DNA from: Candidatus Poribacteria bacterium
GTDB lineage: Bacteria; Poribacteria; WGA-4E; WGA-3G
Direction of reading: 5' to 3'
Assembly (NCBI GenBank): GCA_965214095.1
Contig: OZ243938.1
Location: forward strand, 4,928,001 to 4,992,000
DNA length: 64,000 nucleotides
Positions 50,809 through 61,370 of this stretch are shown in pieces. Below the pieces are notes generated by a model. The model had not been told where the DNA came from and ran no database searches. It saw only the letters and a list, made by a program, of their open reading frames with translations. Made by a program: the position numbers and the translations under genes. The stretch's first letter is position 1. Every line of letters starts with the position of its first letter.

Positions 50809-52251
50809 ATGTTACAAATTAGAATGTTCGTCTATTCAATAATTATTGTATGTTTCTCTTTTTTATGTCCACTTACTTTTGCAGCTACGATTAATGTGCC
50901 TGCAGACCAACCGACAATTCAAGCAGGGATTGATACCGCACAAAACGGTGATACTGTTTTGGTAGATGATGGCACCTACAAAGGCGAAGGAAATGTTAAT
51001 ATTGATTTCAAGGGTAAAGAAATAACTCTTAAATCTCGCAAAGGTGCTGAGTCAACGGTTATTGACTGTGAAGAGAAACTTGAAACCAGAGGATTTTATT
51101 TCCACAATGGAGAGACAAACAAAGCGGTGTTGGATGGATTTACTATTATTAATGGATTGCATCAATTTGGTGGAACAATCACTCTTATTTCTGCTTCACC
51201 TACGATTAAAAATTGTGTAGTTAAGGATAATCTGAGACCTGGCATATATTGCCTTAATTCCGCTCTAAACGTTACAGACACCATTATCTCACGTAATATT
51301 GGGTCAGGTATACTCATTGGAGGAATTGATTTCCTTTTAACGCTTATTCGGGATGATGTTATACAGGATGATGTTAGTTTGGTTGAAACCTTGATAGTAC
51401 CGACTATCAAGAATTGTACTATTTCTGACAATACGGGTAACGGGATTTACTGCGTGCTTGAAAGCGCAATTATCGATAATTGTACTGTTTCGAATAACGG
51501 TAGACGAGGTATAAATCTCGATTCTTTCGCTGGAGCGGATATAACAAATTGTCATATCACTGAAAATTCTGGCGGTGGTTTAATATGTCAAGACTATTCC
51601 GGCATAACAATTAAAAATTCGATTATAGATAAGAATACAGCGGAAAATGGTGGTGGTATATTCTGTAGTCCAACTTCAAGGTTAAATGCCACGGATTGTG
51701 TAATTGCAAACAATACTGCTCTGAAGAATGGCGGAGGTATATGGGATCTTACAAGATTCGGCGATGCTTATGTCAAGTATTGTACAATTACACAAAACTC
51801 AGCAGGAAATAGGGGTGGCGGTATTTGCGTTGAAGACCGAGGTCATCTTAACTTGACAAATTCAATCGTATGGGATAATACTTCTGATGGGACACACACT
51901 GAAGTATTTGCCCAGGGATCCGTAACCATTAAGTCATGCAATATTAAAAATGGTCTTATGGGAGTTGATCCCGATGGCAGACAGAAATTTTTAAAATATG
52001 TGGACAACATAGATGAAGACCCGCTGTTTGTTAATGCAGACGCTGGTGATTTTACACTCCAACCAAATAGTCCTGCTGAAGGAATGGGAAAACGTGATGA
52101 AGCTGACCAAGAAGAAGATGTGCAGGAAGAAGTTGAACAGGAGGTAGTGGAGCAGGAAAAAAATGAGCAGGAACAAGAGAAAGAAGATCCACTATCTGTA
52201 TCTCATCATGGAAAACGATTGGTAAAATGGGCAGATTTGAAACGAAGATAG
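50809..52251 (+). CDS. Secreted right-handed parallel beta-helix protein (paralog)
   Basis: Same architecture, with an acidic linker before WADLKRR. Confidence 0.85.
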   Translation: MLQIRMFVYSIIIVCFSFLCPLTFAATINVPADQPTIQAGIDTAQNGDTVLVDDGTYKGEGNVNIDFKGKEITLKSRKGAESTVIDCEEKLETRGFYFHNGETNKAVLDGFTIINGLHQFGGTITLISASPTIKNCVVKDNLRPGIYCLNSALNVTDTIISRNIGSGILIGGIDFLLTLIRDDVIQDDVSLVETLIVPTIKNCTISDNTGNGIYCVLESAIIDNCTVSNNGRRGINLDSFAGADITNCHITENSGGGLICQDYSGITIKNSIIDKNTAENGGGIFCSPTSRLNATDCVIANNTALKNGGGIWDLTRFGDAYVKYCTITQNSAGNRGGGICVEDRGHLNLTNSIVWDNTSDGTHTEVFAQGSVTIKSCNIKNGLMGVDPDGRQKFLKYVDNIDEDPLFVNADAGDFTLQPNSPAEGMGKRDEADQEEDVQEEVEQEVVEQEKNEQEQEKEDPLSVSHHGKRLVKWADLKRR

Positions 52252-53262
52252 GAGTCAATAAAGTCTTTAACGAAAAAAGTGTTTATACTTTTTCGGTAGG
52301 AACGATCTCCGAATTGTAACGAAACACTATGAAATTCGGAAATCCAAATCAACGGTATGAATCATGGAATATGCTAAACGCGCATGCTTCTTTAGGCATT
52401 CCCGATGTACCCTCCTACAAATCAAATGTAAAGTGAGTTGCAAAATCTACTATCATTAGAAAACATGAAAAGATTTAGAATATTATTAACTATATTACTA
52501 ATATTCGTAGCATTCTCTGCTAACGCTAATTATTTGGTTAAAACAATTTATATTAAACCGAATAATGTGCAGAATGTCCCGTTTGATAAAATTAGAGGAT
52601 GGATGGATGATGTTCAGCAATTATATATTGAAGAAATGTCTAAATACGGTTATGGAGATAAAACCTTTAAATACGAAAGAGAACATAACGGAAATATAAA
52701 AGTAAATGTAATAAATACTAACCGTCCATCTCATATATACCAATCTAATACTTGGGAAAATATAGAACCAGAAATACCAGAAAGATTTAAAGATCAAAAA
52801 AATGTACATGTTTTTATTGTAGGTGGTATTGACACAATCAATTTAAATCGTGGATGTTGTCAATGGGGTGTTGGATGGCCTATATATAATTTCAATTTTG
52901 GTGGTTCATGTATAGTTGCAGAAAATGCAAATACCTCTATGGTTAGATTAATTACACATGAAGTAGGACATACATTTAGTTTGTATCATACTGGAACAGC
53001 GAATACAATAATGGGATCAGGAGAAGAACTATTAGAGTATGAAGCAAGATGGTTAGATAAACATTATTTTTTCAATCCTGATAGAATAATAAAATGGCAA
53101 CATCCAAAGGTTAATCAAGTATTTAATGTTGAAGAAATAAAAGATAATATAATTAGCATCAAGATTAATATTACAAGTCCAAACGATTTATATCAAATTG
53201 TCGTTATGGATAATGATATATTGGTACTAGGTTGGCAATATATTGATGGTAAAAATACTAAT

Positions 53263-54304
53263 AGACATTATAATGATTTAGTTGCAAGTTTAGTTAACCT
53301 CTGTTATTCTAATTACAATCTTATAAATGGAGGTTTTCTCATTATCGTTTTTGAAGATATTAAGGACAAAGCTGATACGCTTCTATCTCTCACTGGATAT
53401 ACTTTAGAAGAGTTTACAAAACTATTACCTCATTTTTCTAAATGTTTTTTAGCTTATATGGAAACACATACCCTTGATGGAAAACCGCGCATAAAACGGA
53501 GATATAAACCCTACAAGAATAGTTGTTTTGCTTCACATGAAGATATGTTGCTATTTATATTAATTTATCTTCATGAAGCTCCGAAACAGGTTCTATTCGG
53601 CACGCTCTTTGGTATGGCTCAACCTCTTGCGAATAAATGGATTCACTTGCTTTTACCGATATTGAACACCGCATTAGCAGAACTTGAAGAGCTGCCATCT
53701 CGGGAAACAGTTCCCACATCTATGTGTGATACTTGTGAGGTATCAAGTCAAAGTCAAGATAAAGCGTATTTTTTTTCATGATGGTATAGAACGGCGAATA
53801 CGGCGTCCAAGAGACCCAGAAGCTCAAAAGGCATATTATAGCGGTAAAAAGAAATGTCATACAGCAAAAAATAATCTGATTATCAATGAGAGCTGCAAAG
53901 TCGTCCTATTGACACCCTCTTTTGAAGGAAGACACCATGACAAATACATAGCTGATCAGGTGGGCTATTGTGTGCCCCCGGGAAGCACCTTGTATCAAGA
54001 TACCGGTTTTCAGGGGTTCACTCTTCCTGATGTTCACATCGTTCAACCGAAGAAAAAACCGAAAGGTGGAGAACTGACAGAAAAAGAAAAAGAAATCAAT
54101 AGAAAGATAGCGTCTATACGCATACGTGTTGAACATGCCATTAGTGGTGTCAAAAGATACCGCATTGTCAAAGACAAACTCAGAAATTGGAAGAAAGGGT
54201 TTTGTGACTTAGTTATGGAAACCTGTTGTGGTTTACACAATTTTCGACTAAACTTCAGACCCTGGTGTTATGAAACTCCTACTATTTAATTCATTATAAT
54301 GTCT
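53263..54304 (+). mobile_element. IS5-family (ISL2-like, DDE_Tnp_4) insertion sequence, 1042 bp
   Basis: 14-bp perfect TIR AGACATTATAATGA / TCATTATAATGTCT; 3-bp target duplication AAT (53260-53262, 54305-54307). Confidence 0.9.
53341..54289 (+). CDS. Transposase in two frames (HTH part, then DDE part) joined at a T8 run
   Basis: LTGYTLEEF; HDGIERRIRRP, YSGKKKCHT, QDTGFQG, RIRVEHAI; +1 shift at 53769-53776. Confidence 0.8.
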
Positions 54305-55162
54305 AATGTAGATATGAGAATAAGTAGAAGTAAACTAATAGGAAAAAACAATCTAACCTTTATGATCATGGATACTTTAGGTGCTTTTACCTTTCATAGA
54401 TACGATTTCGTTATGCCTCCAAGATTTATAGAAGAGAATGTAGATTTAGGACTTGAGGAAGACCTTGAACCAATAACTATTAAAGAGGATACATCAGAAA
54501 ATGTTGTATATCTTAACATTAATTCAGGTAAAAAGACTTTACCTGATCAAAAAGGATTAAAACCGTTTAATTCTACAGCTGAATACAAAAATGGATGGGG
54601 ATGGCGAGCTATTTCAGATAATAAAACTAATAATGGTAACTCTATTATTATTAGAAATACTACTTTTGAAAGAGGTATTTCGCTATCTCCACCTGACAAT
54701 CCAAAAGTCTCATCTCTTAAATATAATTTAGAAGGAAATAATTACATTGCTTTTGAAGGATATATTGGAATAACTAATGATAGAGATTTTGAGATTGATG
54801 AAAATCAGAATGAAAGTTGTTTTGTAGGTGGTAGTTGTATATTTACATTTGAAATTGATAAAAAAAATATGTATAAATCGGGATTATTAACTGGTAAAGA
54901 CAATTATGAAAAAATCAGTTTTTATATACCCTTTGATGCAAAAGTATTGAGAATTGTTATTGATAGTGGAGTAGATACATCTTTGTGTGATCATCCGGCA
55001 ATAGGAGATCCAAAATTAATATCTAACTCACAAATTAGATATAGAATACAACCTAAAGGAAAACTTACTACTTTATGGGGTGAAATAAAAGGAATTTAGG
55101 AGAATAACTTTGATTATGATTGTTGGCAGTAAAACACTAAGTTGATGTCTATTGAGAATAAT

Positions 55163-55849
55163 ATGAAGCAATCACAACTAACCAAAATAAAAACAGCAAA
55201 ATTACATCAGATTAAGGGATTTGTCTTCGTGCTGATCTTCGTTTTTGGGTTCTTCCGTCCATTTATTGTTGATGCGTATTTGATTCCATCCGGTTCAATG
55301 GAAGACACACTCCTCATCGGTGATAGAATTGTGGTGTGTAAGTTTATGTATGGTATTAAAATCCCCGGCACTGATATAAAGGTCTTTGATTTTCATGAAC
55401 CCGCTCGTGGAGATGTGTTCGTTTTCATCCCACCGCATGAGAGAGAACTTCACTTTATCAAACGGATTGTTGCCGTTGAAGGTAATACAGTCTATACAAA
55501 AGGTAAATACCTATATGTAAACGATGTAAGGGTTGATGAGGACAGTTACACAAAACACATACCAAACAACAAATATCGACAGGATTTTCCACCCTTCCGC
55601 AGTTCTGAATATCAAAAATACACGAAAGTTGAACCCTATATAGTGCCAAAAGGCATGGTATTCGCGATGGGAGATAACCGAGACTTGAGTAGTGATAGTC
55701 GGACTTGGGGACCTGTTGATGTTGACGACATTAAAGGTCAAGCATTCATGGTCATGTGGTCAACCGCAAACCGACCAATGAAGTTGTGGGAAGTTTGGAA
55801 GTTAGTAACAAATATTCGATTTAATAGAATTGGTAAAATAATTCGTTAG
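55163..55849 (+). CDS. lepB: Signal peptidase I (paralog 1)
   Basis: IPSGSMEDTL (Ser), FIKRIV (Lys), MGDNRDLSSDSRTWG. Confidence 0.92.
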   Translation: MKQSQLTKIKTAKLHQIKGFVFVLIFVFGFFRPFIVDAYLIPSGSMEDTLLIGDRIVVCKFMYGIKIPGTDIKVFDFHEPARGDVFVFIPPHERELHFIKRIVAVEGNTVYTKGKYLYVNDVRVDEDSYTKHIPNNKYRQDFPPFRSSEYQKYTKVEPYIVPKGMVFAMGDNRDLSSDSRTWGPVDVDDIKGQAFMVMWSTANRPMKLWEVWKLVTNIRFNRIGKIIR

Positions 55850-55875
55850 AATAAAACGTATAAAAGGAATATTTA

Positions 55876-58404
55876 ATGAAAATATTGTATATAATATCAA
55901 TCACATTCTTAATTGTATTTGCTGTGGGATGTGATGAAATGCAAAGTCAGGTAATGAAACCTATGACGATGCCTGACGGTGAAGGTCCGACAGATGATGA
56001 AGTAGTTACATCCGTAGGTACGATGAAGGATCCTTCTATGACAACCGATGATTCAAAGGAAGAGGATCCTCCTGCTGAAACTCAAACTACAGAAGAGGAT
56101 ACCGTTGATGAACCTCAAACACCCGATGCTGCATTTGTGAGTGCGGATCCCGAAGACGGGGATATTAAAGTAACTGATAGTATTGAACTCACATTTGACA
56201 ACGACCCTGGTGAAGTAACTGTGAATGAAGGAACAGTCTCAGGTTCAGGCACGTCACGAACTATTAGCGGTCCTTTCCCAGAAGGCTTACTTAGCCTGAC
56301 AATTTCGTGGCCAAACGGCGACGGCAGCAAAACACTGGAATATAACGTTGAGGCTGATGAATCTCAGCAGATACCCGACGCGGCATTTTCAAGCGCGTCA
56401 CCCGCAAGCGGGGATATTTCTGAAAACGGTAGTATCGCCATTAATTTTGACAACGACCCCGGTGAAGTAACTGTGAATACTGGGACAGTCTCAGGTTCAG
56501 GCACGTCCCGAACTATTAGTGGTCCTTTCCCAGTTGGTTCGCTTTCTCTGACAATTTCGTGGCCAAACGGCGACGGCAGCAAAACACTGGCCTATAACGT
56601 TGAGGCTGATGAATCTCAGCAGATACCTGACGCAACATTTTCAAGTGCGTCACCCGCAAGTGGGGATATTTCTGAAAGCGGTAGTATCACCATTAATTTT
56701 GACAACGACCCTGGTGAAGTAACTGTGAGTGAAGGAACAGTCTCAGGTTCAGGCACGTCGCGGACTATAAGCGGTCCTTTCTCTGTTGGTTCGCTTGCCC
56801 TGTCAATTTCGTGGACAAACGGCAACGGAAGCCACACACTGAACTATAACGTTGAGGCTGATGAACCTCAAATACCTGACGCAACATTTTCAAGTGCGTC
56901 ACCCGCAAGTGGGGATATTTCTGAAAGCGGTAGTATCACCATTAATTTTGACAACGACCCTGGTGAAGTAACTGTGAGTGAAGGAACAGTCTCAGGTTCA
57001 GGCACGTCGCGGACTATAAGCGGTCCTTTCTCTGTTGGTTCGCTTGCCCTGTCAATTTCGTGGACAAACGGCAACGGAAGCCACACACTGAACTATAACG
57101 TTGAGGCTGGTGAACCTCAAATACCTGACGCAACATTTTCAAGTGCGTCACCCGCAAGTGGGGATATTTCTGAAAGCGGTAGTATCACCATTAATTTTGA
57201 CAACGACCCCGGTGAAGTAACTGTGAATACTGGGACAGTCTCAGGTTCAGGCACGACACGGACTATTAGCGGTCCTTTCTCGGAAGGCTCACTTACCCTG
57301 TCAATTTCGTGGACAAACGGCAACGGAAGCCACACACTGAACTATAACGTTGAGGCTGATGAACCTCAAATACCTGACGCAACATTTTCAAGTGCGTCAC
57401 CCGCAAGTGGGGATATTTCTGAAAGCGGTAGTATCACCATTAATTTTGACAACGACCCCGGTGAAGTAACTGTGAATACTGGGACAGTCTCAGGTTCTGG
57501 CACGTCACGGACTATTAGCGGTCCTTTCTCTGTTGGTTCGCTTACCCTGACAATTTCGTGGACAAACGGTAACGGAAGCAAAACACTGGAATATACCGTT
57601 GAAGATTCAACTCCGCCAGAAGTTTCAACCAGTAGCACTGCTGACGGTGCAGTGGATGTTGACCCCACAACAGTGTCTAACAGTGGCATCACGGTTACCT
57701 TCAATGAAACAATAGGTAGTGGAGAACTAAAGTTGTATAAAGACAATGTAGATGTCGGTTGGTCAGCAATGCTTTCAGGGAACACCATCACGATCACAAA
57801 AGGTTCTGGTCAAGAACTCAGCCACGATACTATGTATGAAATAAAGGGGACTGTCAAAGACAGTGCTGATAATGAAAAGGCAGTTAGCATTACCTTCACA
57901 ACAAAATCAGCATCTGTGCAGCTTCAACCACTAGCTCGAGGTGAAGGCTTAAGAATCGGTGTCACAGCACCAACATTCTCTGTGAATGACAGTGATGGAA
58001 ACACCTACAGTTTTGATGGCAACAACGGTGGTAGCAGTAATATAGTAATTTTGTTTTACCGGGGTTGGTGGTGACCGGTTTGTCGTACGCAACTCGGTGA
58101 GTTGCAAGACAACTACGATGATATTAGTGCAGCAGGCGGATCACTCATCGCTATCAGCAACGATGACACCACTGCTGCTAAAAATGCAGCCGATACTATT
58201 GGGAACGCGTTCACTGTGCTATCTGATACCAGTAAAACGGCAATCAATGCTTACAACGTATTAAATAAAAACAGTGATAATTATGCCCAACCCTCAGTTT
58301 TTATCATTAAAACGGATGGGACGATTGGATATAAATCTATTGATGCTGATTATTCAAGATCTGATTCATCATCCATTATAAGTGCATTGGAAGGTCTTGA
58401 CTGA
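55876..58404 (+). CDS. Selenocysteine-containing lipoprotein: Ig-like repeats, Big_5-like domain and AhpC/TSA-like redoxin (UxxC)
   Basis: Lipobox FAVGC; TGA at 58072-58074 is in frame with the downstream ORF, giving FYRGWW-U-PVCRTQLGELQ; hairpin follows the UGA. Confidence 0.85.
56115..57600 (+). repeat. Six 249-252 bp coding tandem repeats (about 83-84 aa Ig-like units)
   Basis: PDA.F.SA.P..GDI...FDNDPGEVTV...GSGT.RTISGPF repeated six times. Confidence 0.95.
58081..58111 (+). promoter_or_regulatory. Bacterial SECIS-like stem-loop
   Basis: TGTC..GCAACTC-GGT-GAGTTGC..GACA; G-containing loop 21 nt after the UGA. Confidence 0.75.
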
Positions 58405-58417
58405 TTCTTTCTTGCTT

Positions 58418-58590
58418 CTATAGGTGTTAATTTAGTGGTTTCCCCAAGTTGGTAGGTTCGGTTTCCTAACCGAACCGGACATACGAGAAGACTTTTATGA
58501 AGTGTTTTGATACAAATCCGGTTCGGTTAGGAAACCGAACCTACCGGTCTGGGAATTATATCTTAACTTCCCTTATGTTGACATATACAC
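58418..58590. mobile_element. Degenerate copy of the CCATAGG-TIR element with a REP doublet
   Basis: CTATAGGTGTTAATTTAG left end; inverted GGTAGGTTCGGTTTCCTAACCGAACCGG pair as in 44883 and 62820. Confidence 0.65.
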
Positions 58591-58644
58591 AACTCACGTT
58601 TTTATAGAAAGGGATAACCGTATTATTTACGGTTTTCATACATA

Positions 58645-59424
58645 ATGAGTACTGATGCTCAATTGTCCAAATGGCAGGAATTCCGCAAAACAGTCGTCTG
58701 GGAATATACCCAAGTAATTGCAGTTGCACTCATACTTGTTTTTGGGTTCATTCGACCTTTTGTTGTAGAAGCTTTCAAAATACCTTCCGGTTCAATGGAA
58801 GATACACTCCTCATCGGCGACAGAATTCTGGTTTGCAAGTTTATCTACGGTTTCAAAATTCCAGGAACAGACATTAAAGTCTTTGACTTTCATGAACCTG
58901 CGCGTGGTGATGTGTTTGTATTTATTCCTCCGCATGAAACTGACCGCAACTTCATCAAACGCATTGTAGCAGTTGAAGGTGATACTGTTCACACAGAAGG
59001 CAGAAATCTCTATGTCAACGGTATAGAAGTAGACGATAGTAGTTACACCAAACACGTAGGTGGACGTTTCGTTAGGCGAGGTGATTTTCCACCATTCCGA
59101 AAAACGGAAGATTATATGAGGGAAGCAAAATTATACGCGGATTATACACTGACAGATAGCCAGTTTAAAAGCAAATTTCCCAATGGCAAGCCGTTTCTTG
59201 TTCCAAAAGATCATGTCTTTGCAATGGGTGATAATCGAGATCAAAGCAGTGACAGTCGCACTTGGGGACCTGTGCACGTTGATCGTATCAAAGGACAAGC
59301 GTTCATGGTATATTGGTCATTTGGACAAGCAAAACCCAAAATATGGGAAGTGTGGAAGATTATAGGAAATATACGGTTCAACCGTATTGGTAAACTTATC
59401 CACACAGATGATGGACTCAACTGA
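58645..59424 (+). CDS. lepB: Signal peptidase I (paralog 2)
   Basis: IPSGSMEDTL, FIKRIV, MGDNRDQSSDSRTWG; TGATG overlap with selB. Confidence 0.94.
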   Translation: MSTDAQLSKWQEFRKTVVWEYTQVIAVALILVFGFIRPFVVEAFKIPSGSMEDTLLIGDRILVCKFIYGFKIPGTDIKVFDFHEPARGDVFVFIPPHETDRNFIKRIVAVEGDTVHTEGRNLYVNGIEVDDSSYTKHVGGRFVRRGDFPPFRKTEDYMREAKLYADYTLTDSQFKSKFPNGKPFLVPKDHVFAMGDNRDQSSDSRTWGPVHVDRIKGQAFMVYWSFGQAKPKIWEVWKIIGNIRFNRIGKLIHTDDGLN

Positions 59425-61370
59425 TGCAGCAAGACAGACGACACCTTATTATCGGCACTGCCGGACATGTTGACCATGGAAAAACTGCTCTGGTAGGTGC
59501 TCTCACAGGCATTCAAACTGACAGACTTAAGGAGGAACGAGAACGCGGTTTATCCATTGAGTTAGGTTTTGCATACTTTGACCTACCAGATAATTCACGC
59601 GCTGGAATTGTTGATGTTCCCGGTCACGAGAAGTTTATACGCAATATGTTGTCGGGTGCTTATGGAATGGATGTTGTCCTTTTTGTCGTTGATGCAAAAG
59701 AGGGGGTGCAAGAACAGACACTTGAACACTTAGCTATTTTAGACTTGCTCAACATCTCAAATGGCATTCTTGTCATGACAAAGTCTGATTTGGCTTCGCC
59801 TGATGAATTGGAAGAAGCAACGGAAATGACACAGGAGATGCTCGTTGGTACGTCACTGGAGGGAATACCAGCAGTGAGTGTGTCCTCCATCACCGGGGAC
59901 GGAATTAAGGCTCTAAAGCAGACGATTGTTCAACAGGTAGACCTCGCGAATAAAGCACAAGAACATGATGGAATTCCAAGACTGTATGTTGATCGTGTTT
60001 TTAAAGTGGAAGGATTTGGTGACGTAGTAACAGGAACACTTATCGGCGGTTCAATCAATAAAGATCAGCGAATGATAATACTACCACAAGGAGACACCGT
60101 CCGTGTTCGAGGAATACAAGTGCATAATGAACACGCGAATGTCGCACATGCTGGACAAAGAACTGCACTTAATCTGTCTGGTACAACTGCAGACGAAATA
60201 CAACGCGGGGATGTGATATGTCCAAGTGAATTTTCAAGGGTAACTGATAATATTGACATCTCTTTACAAGTTTTATCTTCGTTCCCAAGGATGCTTGAAC
60301 ATTGGGGACGTTTCCGTGCCTATCTTGGAACACGTGAGATTTTTTGTCGATTGATCCTGTTGGTTGACGAAGCAATTCTACCGGGTGACAAAGTACAAGT
60401 CCAACTTCGCTTAGAACAACCCATACTCACCTTCAGAGGTGATAGAATTATATTACGAGATTTTTCTGCACAGTATACTGTCGGTGGTGGAGCAGTCATC
60501 AACCCATTCGCACCGAAACACAAAAGGTTTACGCAAGAAACCATCAACACATTAGCACAATGGGAAGAAGTTGACGACACGCAGGTCGTCAATGCACTAT
60601 TAGAAAATAGTCTGACGCTATGCGTAGAAGAATCTTTTCTATATTACTATTTACCCTATTCACAATCTGAAGTAAAAAACATATTAAACACTTTGGAATC
60701 TGAAGGGAAAATTGTTCGCTGGGATAAATCTGCAAGAACGCCTCTCGTTTCCGATGCTGACCGCACCACAGACGTTACTAAAAGGTTGTTAGCAGCACTG
60801 TCCGAATTCCATGAATCACAACCCTTGCAGGCAGGTCAAAACAGTTCACAATTGAGTCGTGAACTTGAACTGGATGAGGTGGCATTTGAAAAAATCACTG
60901 ACCAACTCATAAAAACAAAAGAGTTAGTCAAAGATGGAAATCTGCTACGATTAGCATCCCATGAAATACAATTCTCTGAAGAAGAGTCAACCGCAAAAGA
61001 AACGTTGGAGAATTTATTTCTCAATGCTGGTATTAACACTCCCGGTCTAAAAGAACTGAATACGCTACTGTCAGAGTATACACCTCAAGTGATTGAGTCT
61101 ACATTTTATGCATTATTGAATTTGGGTCAGTTTATCAAGGCAGCGGACAATTACTTCATTCACAAAAAAGTCTATGAGGATATAACAGAGACATTAACCG
61201 ATTATCTACGAAAAAATGAAACAATATCAGTCGCAGAATTTCGGGAATTGGCTCAGACATCGCGGAAATATGCAGTCCCTTTTCTTGAGTATTGTGACAC
61301 GCAAAGTGTTACCGTCAGAGATGGAAACGTCCGCAGATTGTCATCCAGACAGAAATATAGTGAATTATAA
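59424..61370 (+). CDS. selB: Selenocysteine-specific translation elongation factor
   Basis: GTAGHVDHGKT, TDRLKEERERGLSIELGFA, DVPGHEKFI, C-terminal SRKYAVPFLEY. Confidence 0.97.
   Translation: MQQDRRHLIIGTAGHVDHGKTALVGALTGIQTDRLKEERERGLSIELGFAYFDLPDNSRAGIVDVPGHEKFIRNMLSGAYGMDVVLFVVDAKEGVQEQTLEHLAILDLLNISNGILVMTKSDLASPDELEEATEMTQEMLVGTSLEGIPAVSVSSITGDGIKALKQTIVQQVDLANKAQEHDGIPRLYVDRVFKVEGFGDVVTGTLIGGSINKDQRMIILPQGDTVRVRGIQVHNEHANVAHAGQRTALNLSGTTADEIQRGDVICPSEFSRVTDNIDISLQVLSSFPRMLEHWGRFRAYLGTREIFCRLILLVDEAILPGDKVQVQLRLEQPILTFRGDRIILRDFSAQYTVGGGAVINPFAPKHKRFTQETINTLAQWEEVDDTQVVNALLENSLTLCVEESFLYYYLPYSQSEVKNILNTLESEGKIVRWDKSARTPLVSDADRTTDVTKRLLAALSEFHESQPLQAGQNSSQLSRELELDEVAFEKITDQLIKTKELVKDGNLLRLASHEIQFSEEESTAKETLENLFLNAGINTPGLKELNTLLSEYTPQVIESTFYALLNLGQFIKAADNYFIHKKVYEDITETLTDYLRKNETISVAEFRELAQTSRKYAVPFLEYCDTQSVTVRDGNVRRLSSRQKYSEL

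Larger units (their letters stand above)
52465..55099 (+). pseudogene. Secreted zinc metallopeptidase with NPCBM/NEW2-like domain, interrupted by an IS
   Basis: Signal peptide, HEVGHTFSLYH and a likely Met-turn; removing the IS rejoins GKNTN|VDMRISR in frame; C-part FERGI...FEGYIG...IGDPKL and LWGEIK tail. Confidence 0.8.

Noticed and set aside
52438-53781. 447-aa ORF as a genuine evolved protein
   Set aside because: It is a chimera of the peptidase N-half and the IS orfA, as shown by the TIRs and target duplication.
56115-57797. Six repeated minus-strand ORFs
   Set aside because: Antisense shadows of the Ig-like coding repeats.
58102-58404. Independent 100-aa gene
   Set aside because: Its TTG start lies inside the hairpin and it lacks the redox motif; Sec read-through explains it better.
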